A stretch of DNA of 64,000 nt from Cladosporium halotolerans (GCF_011745625.1 NW_027191474.1:1-64000); one strand, 5' to 3'; positions 1-12,956 are shown, counted from the first letter of the stretch. Program-made: numbers and translations. Notes: generated by a model not told the origin, from the letters alone.

Positions 1-4
1 ATTG

Positions 5-66
5 CTGATTGATTTCTGATTGAGCGCCCACCTGACTGATTTGATTCCTGATTGAGCTTCACCTGA
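5..66. repeat. Imperfect 31-bp tandem duplication
   Basis: ctgattgatttctgattgagcgcccacctga (5-35) is followed by ctgatttgattcctgattgagcttcacctga (36-66). Confidence 0.75.
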
Positions 67-320
67 TTCTGAATATTCAAGATTCAAGATCTATGGGTCA
101 AGCTGGGCTTGCTGGTTTCGCAGAGTCACTCATATAGGAGTAGATCAAGCACACGACTCCCGCACTAGGCGCGAACATGCTTTAACAACGCTTTGAGTGC
201 TTCTGCATTGCTTTCACCATGATTTCAGCCTCTGCGACATGGTCACAGTAGACCAGACTGTTCAGTCCACTTGCGCCCTCGAGGTCACGCAAAGGGCACC
301 GCAACCGGAGCCCGACATGA

Positions 321-380
321 ACAACCCCAGCGGCCGGGCGCCCGAGCTATACAACCCCAGCGGCCGGGCGCCCGAGCTAT
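321..380. repeat. Perfect 30-bp tandem duplication
   Basis: acaaccccagcggccgggcgcccgagctat occurs twice (321-350, 351-380). Confidence 0.95.
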
Positions 381-1476
381 TTCTCCAAGCAGTCCAGAAC
401 ACATGGTACACTACAAGAACACCTTTCCCAACGACCCACAAACGACAGTGTACTCTGGCCATGTTGGCATGTTCACTTACACCGGAACCAACTCCGAGGT
501 TGCTGACCGAGGCTCCACTTCCACAGCATCGAGATGCCGATACCTCCTGAACGCCCAATGATGCACGCGACGTCCGGACGACACGAGAAAACAAGCCCTG
601 GCACTACGTTCGCGCGACATGCTCCTGTCCGCCTCATCAGCACCGACTGGCAGCGAAGTTCATGCAACGAACGCCGAAACCCATTTGCGCATGCACCGCT
701 CACCGCGAAAAAAACAAGCAGTTCTGTAACTCAGTTCTCCAGACCCTTTACACGGACACTGCGAAGACCAACATTGGGAACACCAGGCGAAATCAGAGCG
801 TGCATCCTGGGCGCTCCACGGTAAGCAGAGTCTCGCACACAATCTGCTTCAAGCATGGCTTTTGCAACATGCGCAACCTAACCAAAACCACTCGCGCAGT
901 ACACTTCAGATTCACCGATCAATGTAGCAAAAGCCCCGGCCAAGCACATCGCCAAGAGTACAAGCAGCGCAAACATTGCTTCAGGGAGCTGTTGGCCTCC
1001 GGCAGCTCAGATTGCGCAGGACTACATCGTAGCGAGTCCCTTCTACATCGCCTACACAGCATCTGGCATGGCGAAGCAAGCTTCGACTTTGGACAACACC
1101 TTCACCGTCCGACTCCTTGCCAGCGTTGGACAAGCTCGAGAAGTGAGCGGCGCGCCTCGGCCATGACACTGCTTTCGCGATCCGAAGAAAAAGCGGAGCT
1201 TCGTCTTTCAGGCTGCAAGAGCGAGGTACGAAGCAGGAATAATGTAGCAGCGATACCTATGTATGCGTTGGGGCCCATCTCAAGAAGGATGTGGGGCTCG
1301 AACTATGGCATCTGCATGGCTCAGTGACTACGTGGACCGAGAAAAGAGTATTTTGGGCTAGCTCCAGATCTCAAACTCCTGTTTTGAGTAGCTCATGAGA
1401 CGACTTTCTTCAGTCTTCAAGAATTAGGACCTTCCAATTGGCGCCCATGATTCCAATGCTGTGCCAACAAGGACAA

Positions 1477-2246
1477 TTATCTCCTTGCATTGTATGGATC
1501 CTCCATGCCCGGCACCGGCGTACCTCTTCCCTCAAGATACCTCGGCGCCCTTAACCCAAGAAGCATGTTCGCTCGAGGATCACCCATCGGCGTACCAGGC
1601 AAGCGAAGCTTGCGTGGCATGATCCCAGGGCGATCAGCCCGGAGCTCGGGTCTGATACCGGAAGTAATGGACGGCGAAGGTCTGCGGATAGGATCAAAAG
1701 AAACACCAGAATTCCAGGCGTCCCTGTAACCTGGCTGCTCGATCGAATGGTGGACATGGCGAGGGAATTCGCGCTCGCTGCGGAGAAAGAAAGGCTCGCT
1801 GTGAGAGCGGCCGCCCGATGACCGGAGAGCATCATCGATCACGTCGCCTGTCTGGCGTCTCCATTGACTGGAGGGACCGTTCTCTGGGGGAGCGTACACC
1901 AAGCCGCGAGGGCGGCCATATCCACTATAAGCTTCTCGATTCACACTGACCTGTGGCACCGAGCGCTCGCGGGGCCTCATGGAGCGCTCGATGTCAGCGA
2001 ACATGCCCAGGTCATCATAGCCATATCCTGTCACCACGTCAACGCTGCACGAAAGTTGATAGAATTTCCAGGTTGCTCAAGCATACTGTCTCTCTCCGCG
2101 CTGATCCCAAACAGCTCTGCATGTTCACTCCGAGCATTGCGGCCATGAATATCCGGGTACGGATCTCTGAATCGAGGGTCTGGATTGATACCGCGTCTTG
2201 AAGATGGATGATTGTAAGAGTCCCGGGCGGCGTCGTAAAAAGGCAT
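1477..2246 (-). CDS. Hypothetical R/P/G/D-rich protein, ~236 aa, 2 exons
   Basis: ORFs 2031-2246 and 1477-2037 join in frame through a 59-nt GTATGC...TTGAC...CAG intron (2086-2028). No family recognised. Confidence 0.65.
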
Positions 2247-2694
2247 CTTGGGAGAAATAAGAGTGAGGCGCTTTTGACAGAGGGTGTTTCGAATTGGAGC
2301 AGCTGTCAGAACGGAGGGCTTTATGGGCGCGCCTAACGTTCAAGTTGTAGTGTATAGGGATCTTCGCAATGATAATGTCGTAGGCCTTCCCGTGAATGCA
2401 GCCTTCGCTTGTGATGTCTGCAAAGTCACATGTTGTGAAGCACATGTCAGTAGATACACTCAGAAGCCTTTCTACCATTCATTGACGAACACAAGCATGC
2501 CTTCTTTCGACCAGTATACCCTGCGCTGCTATCGAAAGCTACCAATCGATCAAAATACCTCACTTCATTCACGAAATCAGGACGATCGCGACGATCAACA
2601 CGAGCAGCAACACAAGCATGTCCCTCAACACCACAACACCACAAATCCACAGCGCCCAGTCCATAGCGCTGCTACCAGCCGCACCGCTTTCACC

Positions 2695-3156
2695 ATGACC
2701 GAAAGCATTGAAGGCGCAGGGGTAGACATCACAATCGGCGACATTTACCGTCGTCTACGCCAGGAGTTCGATGCCCTGTCCGAAGAAGAGGCGCGGGTAA
2801 GAGCCGCCATCAGCGACGAGAGAGCCGCGCACCAGGCTTATATCGCCGCTGAGTTCGAGCGTCTAGGCCGCAGCAGAGCCAGGCTCAGAGAAGAGCGCCG
2901 CGTTATGCGCGCTCAGTACTCGGCGGCCGTCTTCCAAGAGCGTGAGAACGCGGAAGACCGCCGGATCCTCGTCGCCCAGTACGGGGCGGCCGTTGTGCAA
3001 GAGCAGGTGAATGCGGAGGAGGGAAGACGGCTGCAGAAGCAGACCCAGCAGCTGCAGGAGGAGCGCAAGGAACTGTTGGAGATGAAGGAGGAGGTGATGG
3101 GGCATGGTCGAAGACTGCGTCGTGTTCCGAAGATGGAGAATCTCCGCGGATGCTGA
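2695..3156 (+). CDS. Hypothetical coiled-coil protein, 153 aa
   Basis: ATG in CACC context at 2695. E/R/Q/A-rich heptad-like sequence with an internal repeat (AQYSAAVFQE / AQYGAAVVQE). Confidence 0.65.
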   Translation: MTESIEGAGVDITIGDIYRRLRQEFDALSEEEARVRAAISDERAAHQAYIAAEFERLGRSRARLREERRVMRAQYSAAVFQERENAEDRRILVAQYGAAVVQEQVNAEEGRRLQKQTQQLQEERKELLEMKEEVMGHGRRLRRVPKMENLRGC

Positions 3157-4843
3157 GATCGAGAGCGTTGATAGCAGGTCACGATGAATCGAAAGGCACG
3201 AAGGAGGCTCAACAGCAGTTCTGAGAGCATAACTACGAACATATACCTACTCACACCTCCTTATGTCGTCCCCCCCTGCCCAAAGAGGCATCCTCAAGCC
3301 TTCCAACAGACAGACCTCATTCGAGCCTCCGTCCATCAAGCCCCGCTAAGCTCCGAGCCTTCCACGTGATTCTCCGGGCCCCGTTGGTGACGTCGCTCCT
3401 TCCTCTGCTGCTGCGTTACTGCCTGGTCTTGGCTCCAGCGCCGCCTTTACTTCACTGAGCCCGCTTTCTTCCTCTCTCTTCCTCCCACCACACACACCAA
3501 AACCATGATCACTCTTTTTCCGCCAACCACAAGCACGACAACAACGTCCTGCTTTCAAGAAGAAGCTGTTCAGCTTTTGACACGTGTGAAAGCGCGGTCG
3601 CCGCACCGGCATCGTAAGTCGACCTTGCTCCCCTGACTGACTCCTCACATCGGAGCAACACAATGCAGACGCTAACACATCATGCCAATAGACCGGTGTG
3701 GCGCCGCCTTCCTCGCCCGCCGTACCGGCGTGTCATCCCTGGCGGCAAGTACAGGCCCCTCTCGGCGGATTGGACTGTCTGTATGGACAGCTCCAAACAA
3801 CGCCTTGAGTCGGCCTGTCTTCTACTCACTTCACTGTGGGAACGTGGCACATTGCCAGACGTCGCCAAACCATCATGAACGAATACTTCGCAATGGAAGG
3901 CAAACAAACCGCACAAACTGGCAACCCGCCCCCAGTGCAGGGGGAGCCTAATTTCAGGACGCTGTACGTCTCCCTGAACCACTTCTCATCAATCACTTCA
4001 TCGCTAACCCGCTACAGCTCACTGCAACCGCACCGAGCGCCTTCGTAGCTCAGCAGGCAGCTCAGCACCTTCTCCCGCACTCAACTCAGCACCTCCGCAC
4101 CCTGTTCAGTACCAACAGCCGCCGGCTGTGGATCGACGAAGGGTGGATTTGACGGGAACTCCGGACATCAAGGCATGCAGGATGACTATGTGTGGGAAGG
4201 AATCACTGGTAGTTGACTGGGCTGGGGCGCCGGTCCCTCATTGAGGTATCTTTAATCACGAGTCAATGATATACACCCACCGCTGGGTGGTCATCCCAAG
4301 CAACTTGCTTCTTGCCTCTCAAGCTCGTGTTCCCTGTTCAAAATATGCTGCAGCAACCCAAGCCCAATCTCCACGCCGCCGTGATTTCACAGGTCGATCG
4401 CTTTGGTCTCTTTGGGGGTGCTATCTTGCCTCACATGAATAGGCTATGGTGAACTTCCCTCAAAGGCATCCTTAAGTTGTCGAGTTTATTGTCATCTATC
4501 GATGCGAGACGTGAGTCGAAGTCGGTGTGTTACGCCAACGTGGCAGCTTTCACACACCTCGAGTTCGATGTCGGGTGATAATCAGGAGCTTAACAGTTAG
4601 TACTTCACTGTCGTTGAATGCAGCCTGAGCAGCGGTTAGCCGAACCCAGCGCAAGTAGGTGACTTACCTTTCACCTCGCCGTTTGCAACGCTGACTCATG
4701 GATGAACAGACTTCACTGTCTACATCCGCGGGTCTGTATAAAGCTATCTTTCGCCCTCCGCTCAACTTCCCACTCACCAACACCACTCCCTGTCCGCAAC
4801 CCCTCGAGGTAACACCAAAGCCTTCAAGAACACACCCACCACA

Positions 4844-5401
4844 ATGTTCTGCACCACAAGCGACCGCCGCAACACGGTCGACTACGACCGCGTCGCCGAC
4901 GAGGACCAGCAGCGCCTCAACGCCATGTTCCGCACCATCACCAAGCACACGGCGATGTTCGAGCGCGTCGAGGCCGAGCTGCGCGCGGCGCAGGAGGAGA
5001 ACCGCAAGCTCATGGCGGGCATGCGTGAGCTGCAGTGGGACCGCGACGCGCACAAGCGCCAGCTCGTCAACGACCACCAGGCGGAGATCAGAGCGCTCAA
5101 GTCGGAGCATACCAAGGCCATCAAGCAGCTGAAGGCCGAACACGAACTCGCCCTGCTCCAGGCGCAGCTGCAGCAGCAGACCCAGCAGCAGCAACCTCAG
5201 CAGCAGTATCAGCAGCAGCGTTCCGCTCCGAGAGTGCTCACTACCACCACCAACAACTCAATTGATGGCCATGTCGATGGAGCGAACACGAACGTGCCGC
5301 CCGAGGAACCCGCTCCTTTCGTTGAGCAGACTTTCAATTACGGCGACGGCTGGAAGGTGCTTGGAAGGGACCGCACTGGCGGCGATTGGCTGTTGGAGTG
5401 A
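4844..5401 (+). CDS. Hypothetical coiled-coil, Q-rich protein, 185 aa
   Basis: Strong GC3 codon bias, helical E/K/R/Q-rich core and poly-Q stretch. ATG in ACAATG context. Confidence 0.7.
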   Translation: MFCTTSDRRNTVDYDRVADEDQQRLNAMFRTITKHTAMFERVEAELRAAQEENRKLMAGMRELQWDRDAHKRQLVNDHQAEIRALKSEHTKAIKQLKAEHELALLQAQLQQQTQQQQPQQQYQQQRSAPRVLTTTTNNSIDGHVDGANTNVPPEEPAPFVEQTFNYGDGWKVLGRDRTGGDWLLE

Positions 5402-5630
5402 TGAAATGGCGAGGTCGTTCGAAGAGCCTCTTTTCTTTTGTTCAAACAAAGCGACATTGAATCGCTCACAAGCATGGCGTTGACGCGGACTGGTCAGAGC
5501 TGCCAGGTGGGCATACAAGCATTCTGCCATAGCTAGATGAATACCAACTGATTCCAAAGCCCCTATGAAGTTGCCACGAGGTGTACAAAGACTCACATTA
5601 TTCCCAAACCATCCAACCAAAAGTCCGCAC

Positions 5631-6956
5631 TCAAGCTCCCACCTTCTCAGCAACATTGACCCCCGTCCCCTCATTGCCCATCTTGAACACCACCTTCGTA
5701 ACCTTCCTCTGCTCAAAATCCCTATACGCCTGCGGCGCCTCCTCCAACGACATCGTCTTACCACACAAGAAAGCCACCTTCTTCTGCTCCTGAACCAGCA
5801 GCTCCAGCGCCTCCTCGAAAATTGATCTGACCGGGCACCGGCCAAACGCCATGCTCACGTTCTTGCCGTACATTAGCAAGCCGTTCATGTTGATCATCTC
5901 CGTGTGCACGCCGATGGACGAAATGCAGCCCCAGGGGCGGATCATCTCGAACGCGAGCTGGAAAGCGTCCGCGTGCCCGACGACCTCCATCACGACGTCT
6001 GCGCCGCGGCCGTCGGAAGCGGCTTTGATCTTGCTGACCGGGTCGTCGTTGAGGTTGATGGGGATGGCGCCGATTTTCTCCGCCTCCTTGAGGCGCTCGG
6101 GGACGGAATCGACGACGTAGACCTTGTCGACCATTGTCAGGGCGGCTGTGATGGCGCAGATGCCTACGGGTCCGCAACCGACGCAGACGACAGTGAACTC
6201 CTTGCGGTCGCGGGCGGAGAGGTTCTTGAGGTAGCGCGAGGCGGCGAAGTAGCCTGTGGGGAAGATGTCGGCCATGAGGACGAGCATTTCTTCGGGGATG
6301 TTCTTGGGCGTGAGGACGAAAGTGGAGTCGGCGAGGGGGCAGCGGACGTATTCGGCTTGGCCGCCGTCGATGGTGTTGGCAGGCGCGGAGTTGCCGAAGA
6401 GCTCGCCTGGGGCTTGTTAGATTTGAGCTTGACGAGGAGAAAGGGAGCATACATACCTTTGGAGCAGCGAGATGCCTGGCCACGGACACAGTAGAAGCAT
6501 TCTCCGCAAGCAGTGTAGAAGGGCACAACGACCTGAGGTGCAACGTCAGCTTGTCTGATCCTCCCATGCTCTGCGCCTATTGCCTTGCCAGCAGTCCTCT
6601 GCCATATTGTCCCACCTGCTGTCACCTACCTTGTCCCCAATGTTGAACTTCTTCACATCGTCTCCCTTCTCCACAATCTCTCCGACAAACTCATGTCCGC
6701 AGATGAAATCCGGCGGGCATTTGAGATGTCCTCGGTAGAAATGCAAGTCGCTGCCGCAAAGAGCCGTGGAGGAGACCTTGAGGATGGCATCGGTAGGCTT
6801 TTTGATCGTAGGGTAAGGGCGGTCTTCAACGGCGACCTGAGGTATTGTATGTCAGTCTCATGATCCTTGTGCCCCGCGATCTTGACGTGTAGAAGAAGTG
6901 GGGCTTACGTCGAAGTCGCCCTTGAGAACAACGGCACGCATGGTCTTCGGAGGCAT
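5631..6956 (-). CDS. Zinc-dependent medium-chain alcohol/formaldehyde dehydrogenase (MDR family), 368 aa, 4 exons
   Basis: Exons 6956-6909, 6836-6630, 6532-6457, 6406-5631 with canonical introns. Motifs: LCGSDLH, GHEFVG, CGECFYC...C (structural Zn), DIFPTGY, VGCGPVG (Rossmann). Confidence 0.95.
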
Positions 6957-8436
6957 TTTGGCAATTGGACAAGTGTGTACTGAGGTGATTCACCTTGATG
7001 GCATTTGCGAACTACTTCTAGCGATCCTAAACCTCAAGGATGCTGTGCTCCGGTCGTCCAGGGTGAATGTAGATCTATTGATCAATACCCCGCATTGGTG
7101 GCATGCAGCCGCGGCATCCGACCGCGGGGTTTCCCTGATGCATCGACCCAATCATGGATCGTACCAGGCGAACAAAGAAAAGAGATGCGGGGAACAATGG
7201 AGACAGCTGCAAGGTAGTAGATTTTTGGGCAGTGGATGTGGGGAGATGCGGGTGGACTTGGAGGAGTTGGGGCTGAGCTTCGAAGTCGGACCCCGGAGGT
7301 TGCCGCGGCTCCAGTTCGCCGAGGCTTACCAGTATATCTGTTGCGAGAAACATGTCCCGCTAATATAGCAGTTGTCTTGCTGGAAAGTTGAGATGTTTAA
7401 TCCCCGAATGGAAGACAGCATTTCGATGCTTCGACTGACACGGTCGACTCGCAAACTCGTACGCATATGCCCGTCCCATTGTTCCTCGTTGCGACGGCCA
7501 AAGACAACCAATTAGCTGAGAGGCTGGCTGTATAAGGGACAGCGGGTGCATGGATCACCTACTTATAGGCAGAGCACTCCATAAGCGTGGCCAATCAGAT
7601 CTATCTTCGCTTGATACGTAAAGGTATCACACCGGATTCCTGATGATAAGGCCGGAAGGCTTGTAATTTAGGTTGATCGATTGTAAATAATCTGCTAAAT
7701 GATGCTCACCTTTACGCACAACATTTATTTCATTGTCTTCTGCCTCGGTCCCCCAGCTACATCGGGGATTTGGCGCCCTGCAAAGCCCATGCACGCTTTC
7801 CAGAACCGTGAGACTCCCTGCCCTGACGCTAACGAAATGACAAGGTCATAGACTGCATAACTTGCTCTTTCCAAAGATCTGAGACAAGCCATCTACTGTT
7901 GTAGAGATTGGCGAAGGCAGAAAGCCGTGAGAGAATGCTCGTGAAGTGGTGGCGACTTGCACTCATCAAGCCTTGAGAGGCCAGCCGCAACGTTCAGCAG
8001 CAGACAAATGACTTACGCTCACGCTGCTCGTAAGTATCACCACATTGGCCCTTGCTGTAGCCCTTTGATCGTCGAAAACGCATCCTCTGCCTACGCGACA
8101 GATTCCGCTCGCATCCTCGCCTCCGAAGCCGCGCTCTGTCACGGAAAAAGATACACCAGCGCGCCGCACTTCACATCACAAGAATGGCATTCACCTCAGT
8201 CATCTGCGCGCGTTCGATCGCGTCCAAATATGAAGTGAAGACTCGCCGCCAACGGCTGCTGCCTTGTCGCATGCCAACACCTGATCGTCCGCATCGACTT
8301 TTCTTCTCACCCACTCCTCCTCAATCACCGACCGACCTACCTTGCGGCCAACATCACCACCTCTCGCCTCAAACGCGAGATCCTCACAATCGCAACCTGC
8401 CACGGCACAGTCATCACAACAGCATTCTTCGGCAGC

Positions 8437-9420
8437 ATGATGGCCGCGCGTGATTTCCGCGATAACCGCGGCCGCACCCTCCGCCGCAGAGGCGAGAGCA
8501 ACAACAACAACGACGCGAACGCCTCGCAGCCCTCGTCGCCGCGCTCCGCACGCACCGTTGAGCCGCGCCTCGCTCGCCCCGGCCGCTCGCCGGTGCCCGA
8601 CGTCTATGCTCAATACACGATGAATCGCCGCGGCGTAAGGCGTACGCAGTGGAGGGAGCAGGGTAGTTGGGTGGAGAGTGACGCGGATGATGAGGAGAGC
8701 CATGAGGGATGCGAGATCCCTGAAGATGGAGAAAACGCTCCGGGGGAGGCTGGGGACGGAGCTGCCGAGAATGGTGGTCAGAACAACGATCGCCACCAAG
8801 AGGAGAGGCAGGATGGTGAGCAGCAGGCTCCGGAGGAGGGCAACGACGATGGCAAGAACGATGATGGAGAGAAGGCGCCTGATGGTGATGGCGAGAGAGG
8901 TCTGCGCTGGGAGGCTGAGGAGGCGGCCATGAGGGCGAGAACGTCTCAGCGCGTCGAGGCTTGGCTGAGCAACGTCGGCAATTCGACACCCCTGCTTCAC
9001 CCGGAGGCTGCCCCGTCACCTGACGCCGTTACCGACAATGGCGAGGACAGCGACAACGACAGCGAAGGTGGCGTGCCCATCAACGTCAACACTCTTCGCC
9101 AGGCTGCCCCGGTGCCGAATAGGAACGTCCTCATGCCGCGCCGCGGCGGGCCCACCAACATCAACAACCCTCGCAATGAGGTTGCCACGGGTCCGAATCC
9201 AAACGTCCTCATGCCGCGCGGCGGTTATCCGAATCTCCCACTAGCGGAAGGTACACGTTACCGGACGCGTTCTGTCACTCGCGCAGCAGCGGCGGCGGCT
9301 CAAGCTGCTGGTGCACGATTGGCTCCCGGTCAGGGGTATGTTGCAGTTCCGGTCGCGGAGCGGCACGCTGCTCAGCTTAGCTTCATGGCTGATGAGGATG
9401 AGCTTGATGATGAGGAGTGA
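8437..9420 (+). CDS. Hypothetical intrinsically disordered protein, 327 aa
   Basis: Long ORF rich in R/D/E/G/N, with internal repeat PNRNVLMPRRGG / PNPNVLMPRGG and an acidic C-terminus. No family recognised. Confidence 0.65.
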   Translation: MMAARDFRDNRGRTLRRRGESNNNNDANASQPSSPRSARTVEPRLARPGRSPVPDVYAQYTMNRRGVRRTQWREQGSWVESDADDEESHEGCEIPEDGENAPGEAGDGAAENGGQNNDRHQEERQDGEQQAPEEGNDDGKNDDGEKAPDGDGERGLRWEAEEAAMRARTSQRVEAWLSNVGNSTPLLHPEAAPSPDAVTDNGEDSDNDSEGGVPINVNTLRQAAPVPNRNVLMPRRGGPTNINNPRNEVATGPNPNVLMPRGGYPNLPLAEGTRYRTRSVTRAAAAAAQAAGARLAPGQGYVAVPVAERHAAQLSFMADEDELDDEE

Positions 9421-10711
9421 GAGGATTGGGAGAGGATACCAAGGGGATGGGTGAGAGCGTTGGACTTGGGAGTTGAGAGTTCTCTGGAAGGCGAAGGCTC
9501 ATGATGTTTTCACAAAACATTGTGGAGCTCTGGGGTTCTTGGGGTTTCTTGACGGCTGATGATGTTCTCTCAAAACATCTGTCGGCTCCCTGAGTTCTCT
9601 CAGCTCAATCCGGCTGGTACAATCAATCCGAACAAAATTGTGATCCGGAATCCGGACATACAACACTCCCGAACGGCGTTCTTACAGAACAATCATATCG
9701 GCACTGTCAAGCCCGAACCCAGCAGTTATCCCGAGGCGTTAGTGGGGCATGGGGCTCGTAATTTTCTCTTATGAAGCTCTTTCAGAGTCCACGGAGCTTT
9801 GATTTCCTTTGTCCGCCAGGTCGTACCTTCTGTAGCTTACTAGAGTCAGGCTCAACAACGGACATCACGTCCGGTAGCTAGACACTACAATAGCAGTAGA
9901 ACACGGTTGTTAACCTAAATTCCGTGCCATTTCCAATGTCAGTATCGTGCAGGATTACCACAACGGACTTTGCCATTCTGTTTGCGCAACGTTAATCTCT
10001 TGCAGCACTTCAATACCCATCATCCTTGACGTTCTTACCCTATTAACACTTGCAACTTGTAAGTGAGGTCTTGACGACCCCAGCGCAGCAGTAGAGCCAG
10101 CTCCGAAACAGCTCCGAGAGATTTCCCCGCAAAGCACCACGAGGCGAGCGGCCGAGCGCTGCCGCTTTGTCGATCGTCAGCCAGCCAGCCAGCCAGCCTG
10201 AGAGTGGACAATGGAAGCAAGTGATTTATCATAATGCATTTGATCGAATAAAGCAGCGATGCTGAATTGCGATGAGAGGATGCCCAACACGGTGGGACAG
10301 TAGCATTAATTTTGAGCTTCCGTAGAGGGCGGGCTGTTTCAAGTTCAAGGCTGCCTCAAAATTCGCAGAGCCGCAGAGCGTTTTGATGTATGATGAGTAG
10401 AAGATCGATCCCCATATTGACAAAGATCCAGGGCTGGCGAAGTCAGATTTTGTAAAATAACGGGAAAACTTTAAAGTCTTCAACATCCGCTCATCCAACG
10501 TCTGCTGCATGCTGCCTCAGTCTTGGGACGCTTGAACGATCAATCGATGTGCAGATATGCGAGCTCGTCCGCTGACACAGAGCCGAGCGGCAAAGACCCA
10601 AGCTTGCCCAAACCCCTCGTCCCAATTTCCAACGATATTTTCCCACTCCAGATCTTTTCTCGTGATCACCAGATGCCTTCCTACTCCCTCCAAAAAGCAA
10701 AAGAACGATCA

Positions 10712-10814
10712 TTCCGACGCGGGGAATTGAACCCCGGCCTTGTCGGCACTGATCTTAGTTCTTGACGAACCGAAGATTGAGAGCGACAAATCCTAGCCAC
10801 TAGACCACATCGGA
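10712..10814 (-). tRNA. tRNA-Glu(CTC) with 31-nt intron (10777-10747)
   Basis: Acceptor stem TCCGATG/CGTCGGA, D arm GTCTAGTGGCTAGGAT, anticodon stem TGTCG/CGACA with CTC, T arm GGTTCAATTCC, downstream T-runs. Confidence 0.95.
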
Positions 10815-12141
10815 GGTGAAGTTGTATGAGCAAAAGACAAAGATTTTGATTATACTTCTTACAAATTTTTGGAAAACGCGATTCAGCATGCCTTCGCTGC
10901 GAAATCAGGCGTACATACGGGCGGAAAAGTCACTGGAAGCCCACCAGCACCAAGAGCTACATCTTGTTAGCGTACCCGCAACAAACGATCAGGAACGCCA
11001 CCTGTAAATTCCGACCGCAACAAGAGCGACGAGAACAGGATCGCTGCGTCTGGAAAAGTCAGCTTTGCGATCGTCAGCATGGTCAGATTGGGAGGCCATG
11101 ATGACGCTTGTGTGAAGCTAGTGTTCGCCGTTCGCTTTCGACCGTCCCGCTGTGATCAATCCCAGGAGTTGTAGTCCCTCACAAGGCCGATCAGCTAGGC
11201 ACAGAATCCTTCTCCAGCTGCTTTTCGAACGAAGCTCGATTGCTTGATGCGTGGTACACCGCACTGTTGGTTCAAGTGCGTTATGCATGTAGTGATCAGG
11301 TAGATATATGCGAGAGTTGAAGAACTTGTGATGACGGCCACGCTCCTGTTTCGTCCGCGTGTTCTGACAATCGAAGTCAACCTGTGCGATCAAGACCAGA
11401 CGACGGTGTGGATTGTGAACGGATGTAGCTCATCAACGCCGAATTCACAGCAGTCCACGACTTCGACCCGCACATGGCACCAGCAGATCGATTTGAACAC
11501 AAAACGAGCTGTAAAATTGATAGAAATACGGAAGATTGATTTCAATCAACGAATGCCCGCCCCAAGACTCGCGAGCACGCAGCCGAAGAGTGTGGAGTGA
11601 TGATGCGCAAGCCCCAACCCTAACCCTAAGCAAGCAGAGCGCTCAGAATTTTATCAAGTCCGTTCCCTCGACGAGAGCGGCCTTGCAGCAATCCTCGAAT
11701 GCTGCACGGCTCTGGTGTCGCTCCAACACATGCCTAAGCGTCCATCGCATCTTTCAAGAAGGGATCCTGGATGTGACTTTCTTGGTATACGGCTTGCACA
11801 CCTCGTATCGCTACTCTGTGCCATAGACTGTGGTAGAATAGATTCAGCCGGCGCATCTCGCCGCAGCGCTGGGAGCGGGGAACCTTTTTCTACCATCCCA
11901 TCCAGCAAGTCACACTGCTTCGACACCTGTGTGCAGACATTCAGTAGCCATTGCTCTCGCTTGTGACTCGCTGTAGCTTTCAAGCTCCGATTTTCACACC
12001 TCAGTAGGTCGAGATGCGAACTTCGTCGTGCTGACCAGTACGAGCGGAAGCAATTTGCCATGGCATGGTTCACGCCAGCTGCACTAAAAAACAAGCAAAG
12101 TACATAATGAATACGAAAAGGGGTGGTCCCAACAATCAGCA

Positions 12142-12237
12142 TCCTCGCTGGCGCAACCGGTAGCGCGTTCGGCTGTTAGCGACTCTTCGGAGTTCCAGCA
12201 AACCGGAAGGTTAGTGGTTCGAGCCCACTGTGAGGAG
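12142..12237 (+). tRNA. tRNA-Asn(GTT) with ~23-nt intron (12179-12201)
   Basis: Acceptor TCCTCGC/GTGAGGA, D stem GCGC/GCGC, anticodon stem TTCGG/CCGGA with GTT, T arm AGTGGTTCGAGCCCACT, T-run at 12265-12275. Confidence 0.93.
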
Positions 12238-12956
12238 TTCCTCTCGGAAGAGGTGGACTTCATCTTTTGCTTTTTGGCCGAACTTGAGATGTTCGCGCAG
12301 CGATGTCTGGTGGGCGTGCAAGATTTTCTTTACCTGAGTAGATTGTGATTGAGCAATGAAAGAAGCGGCTTGGTGATGCTGGAGAGCGGCGAGAATTTCT
12401 ATTGGTCTATACACTACATATCCAAACATGTGCATACATGGCACAGAGATACTCGGAAATATCCTCCAATCAGTGCCTCACCGCTGCGTCGTTTCCTCAT
12501 GCATGGCCACCACGCAAAGCGCAGCGCTGTGCGTAGCCGCGACGTGCAGAGCCACGGCGGGCATCCGTGTCCAGCAGCAGCTGAAAGCCAGCACATCCGC
12601 ACCCTCCCGAGACCATATCAATGTCGCGCGATTCGGCCAGTCTGAAGGTTGGAGGCCGATTGCGCGTTGAAACATTCGCGCGCAGAGCAAAGTCTCCGAG
12701 GCGGAGTTGGGTAGGCGCTCGTGTGGCCGCAGAATGGCTGTTGCGTTCCCAGCAACCTGAGCGGCGGAACACCAGCATAGGTGGCGGCGATGCCTCATCG
12801 CAGCTTGTGTCCAAAATGATTCGGTTCTGTGACCGGCAGGAAGAGAGCGGCAGCTGTCGAAGCCGGCAGGCGGCGACTCGTCCCTACATGCAGCACACAT
12901 CCCCAATAATAAGAGGTGATGGAGAACCTTAGCAAGATTCCCGGCTCCTCCTCTGC

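Noticed and set aside
9501..9660. Short imperfect repeats (atgatgtt...caaaacat x2; aatccgg) resembling a CRISPR or MITE
   Set aside because: Only two imperfect copies, no regular spacers, no TIR/TSD structure, and a eukaryotic context.
11611..11630. Telomere-like CCCTAA repeats
   Set aside because: Only two perfect units; not a telomere or a convincing interstitial array.
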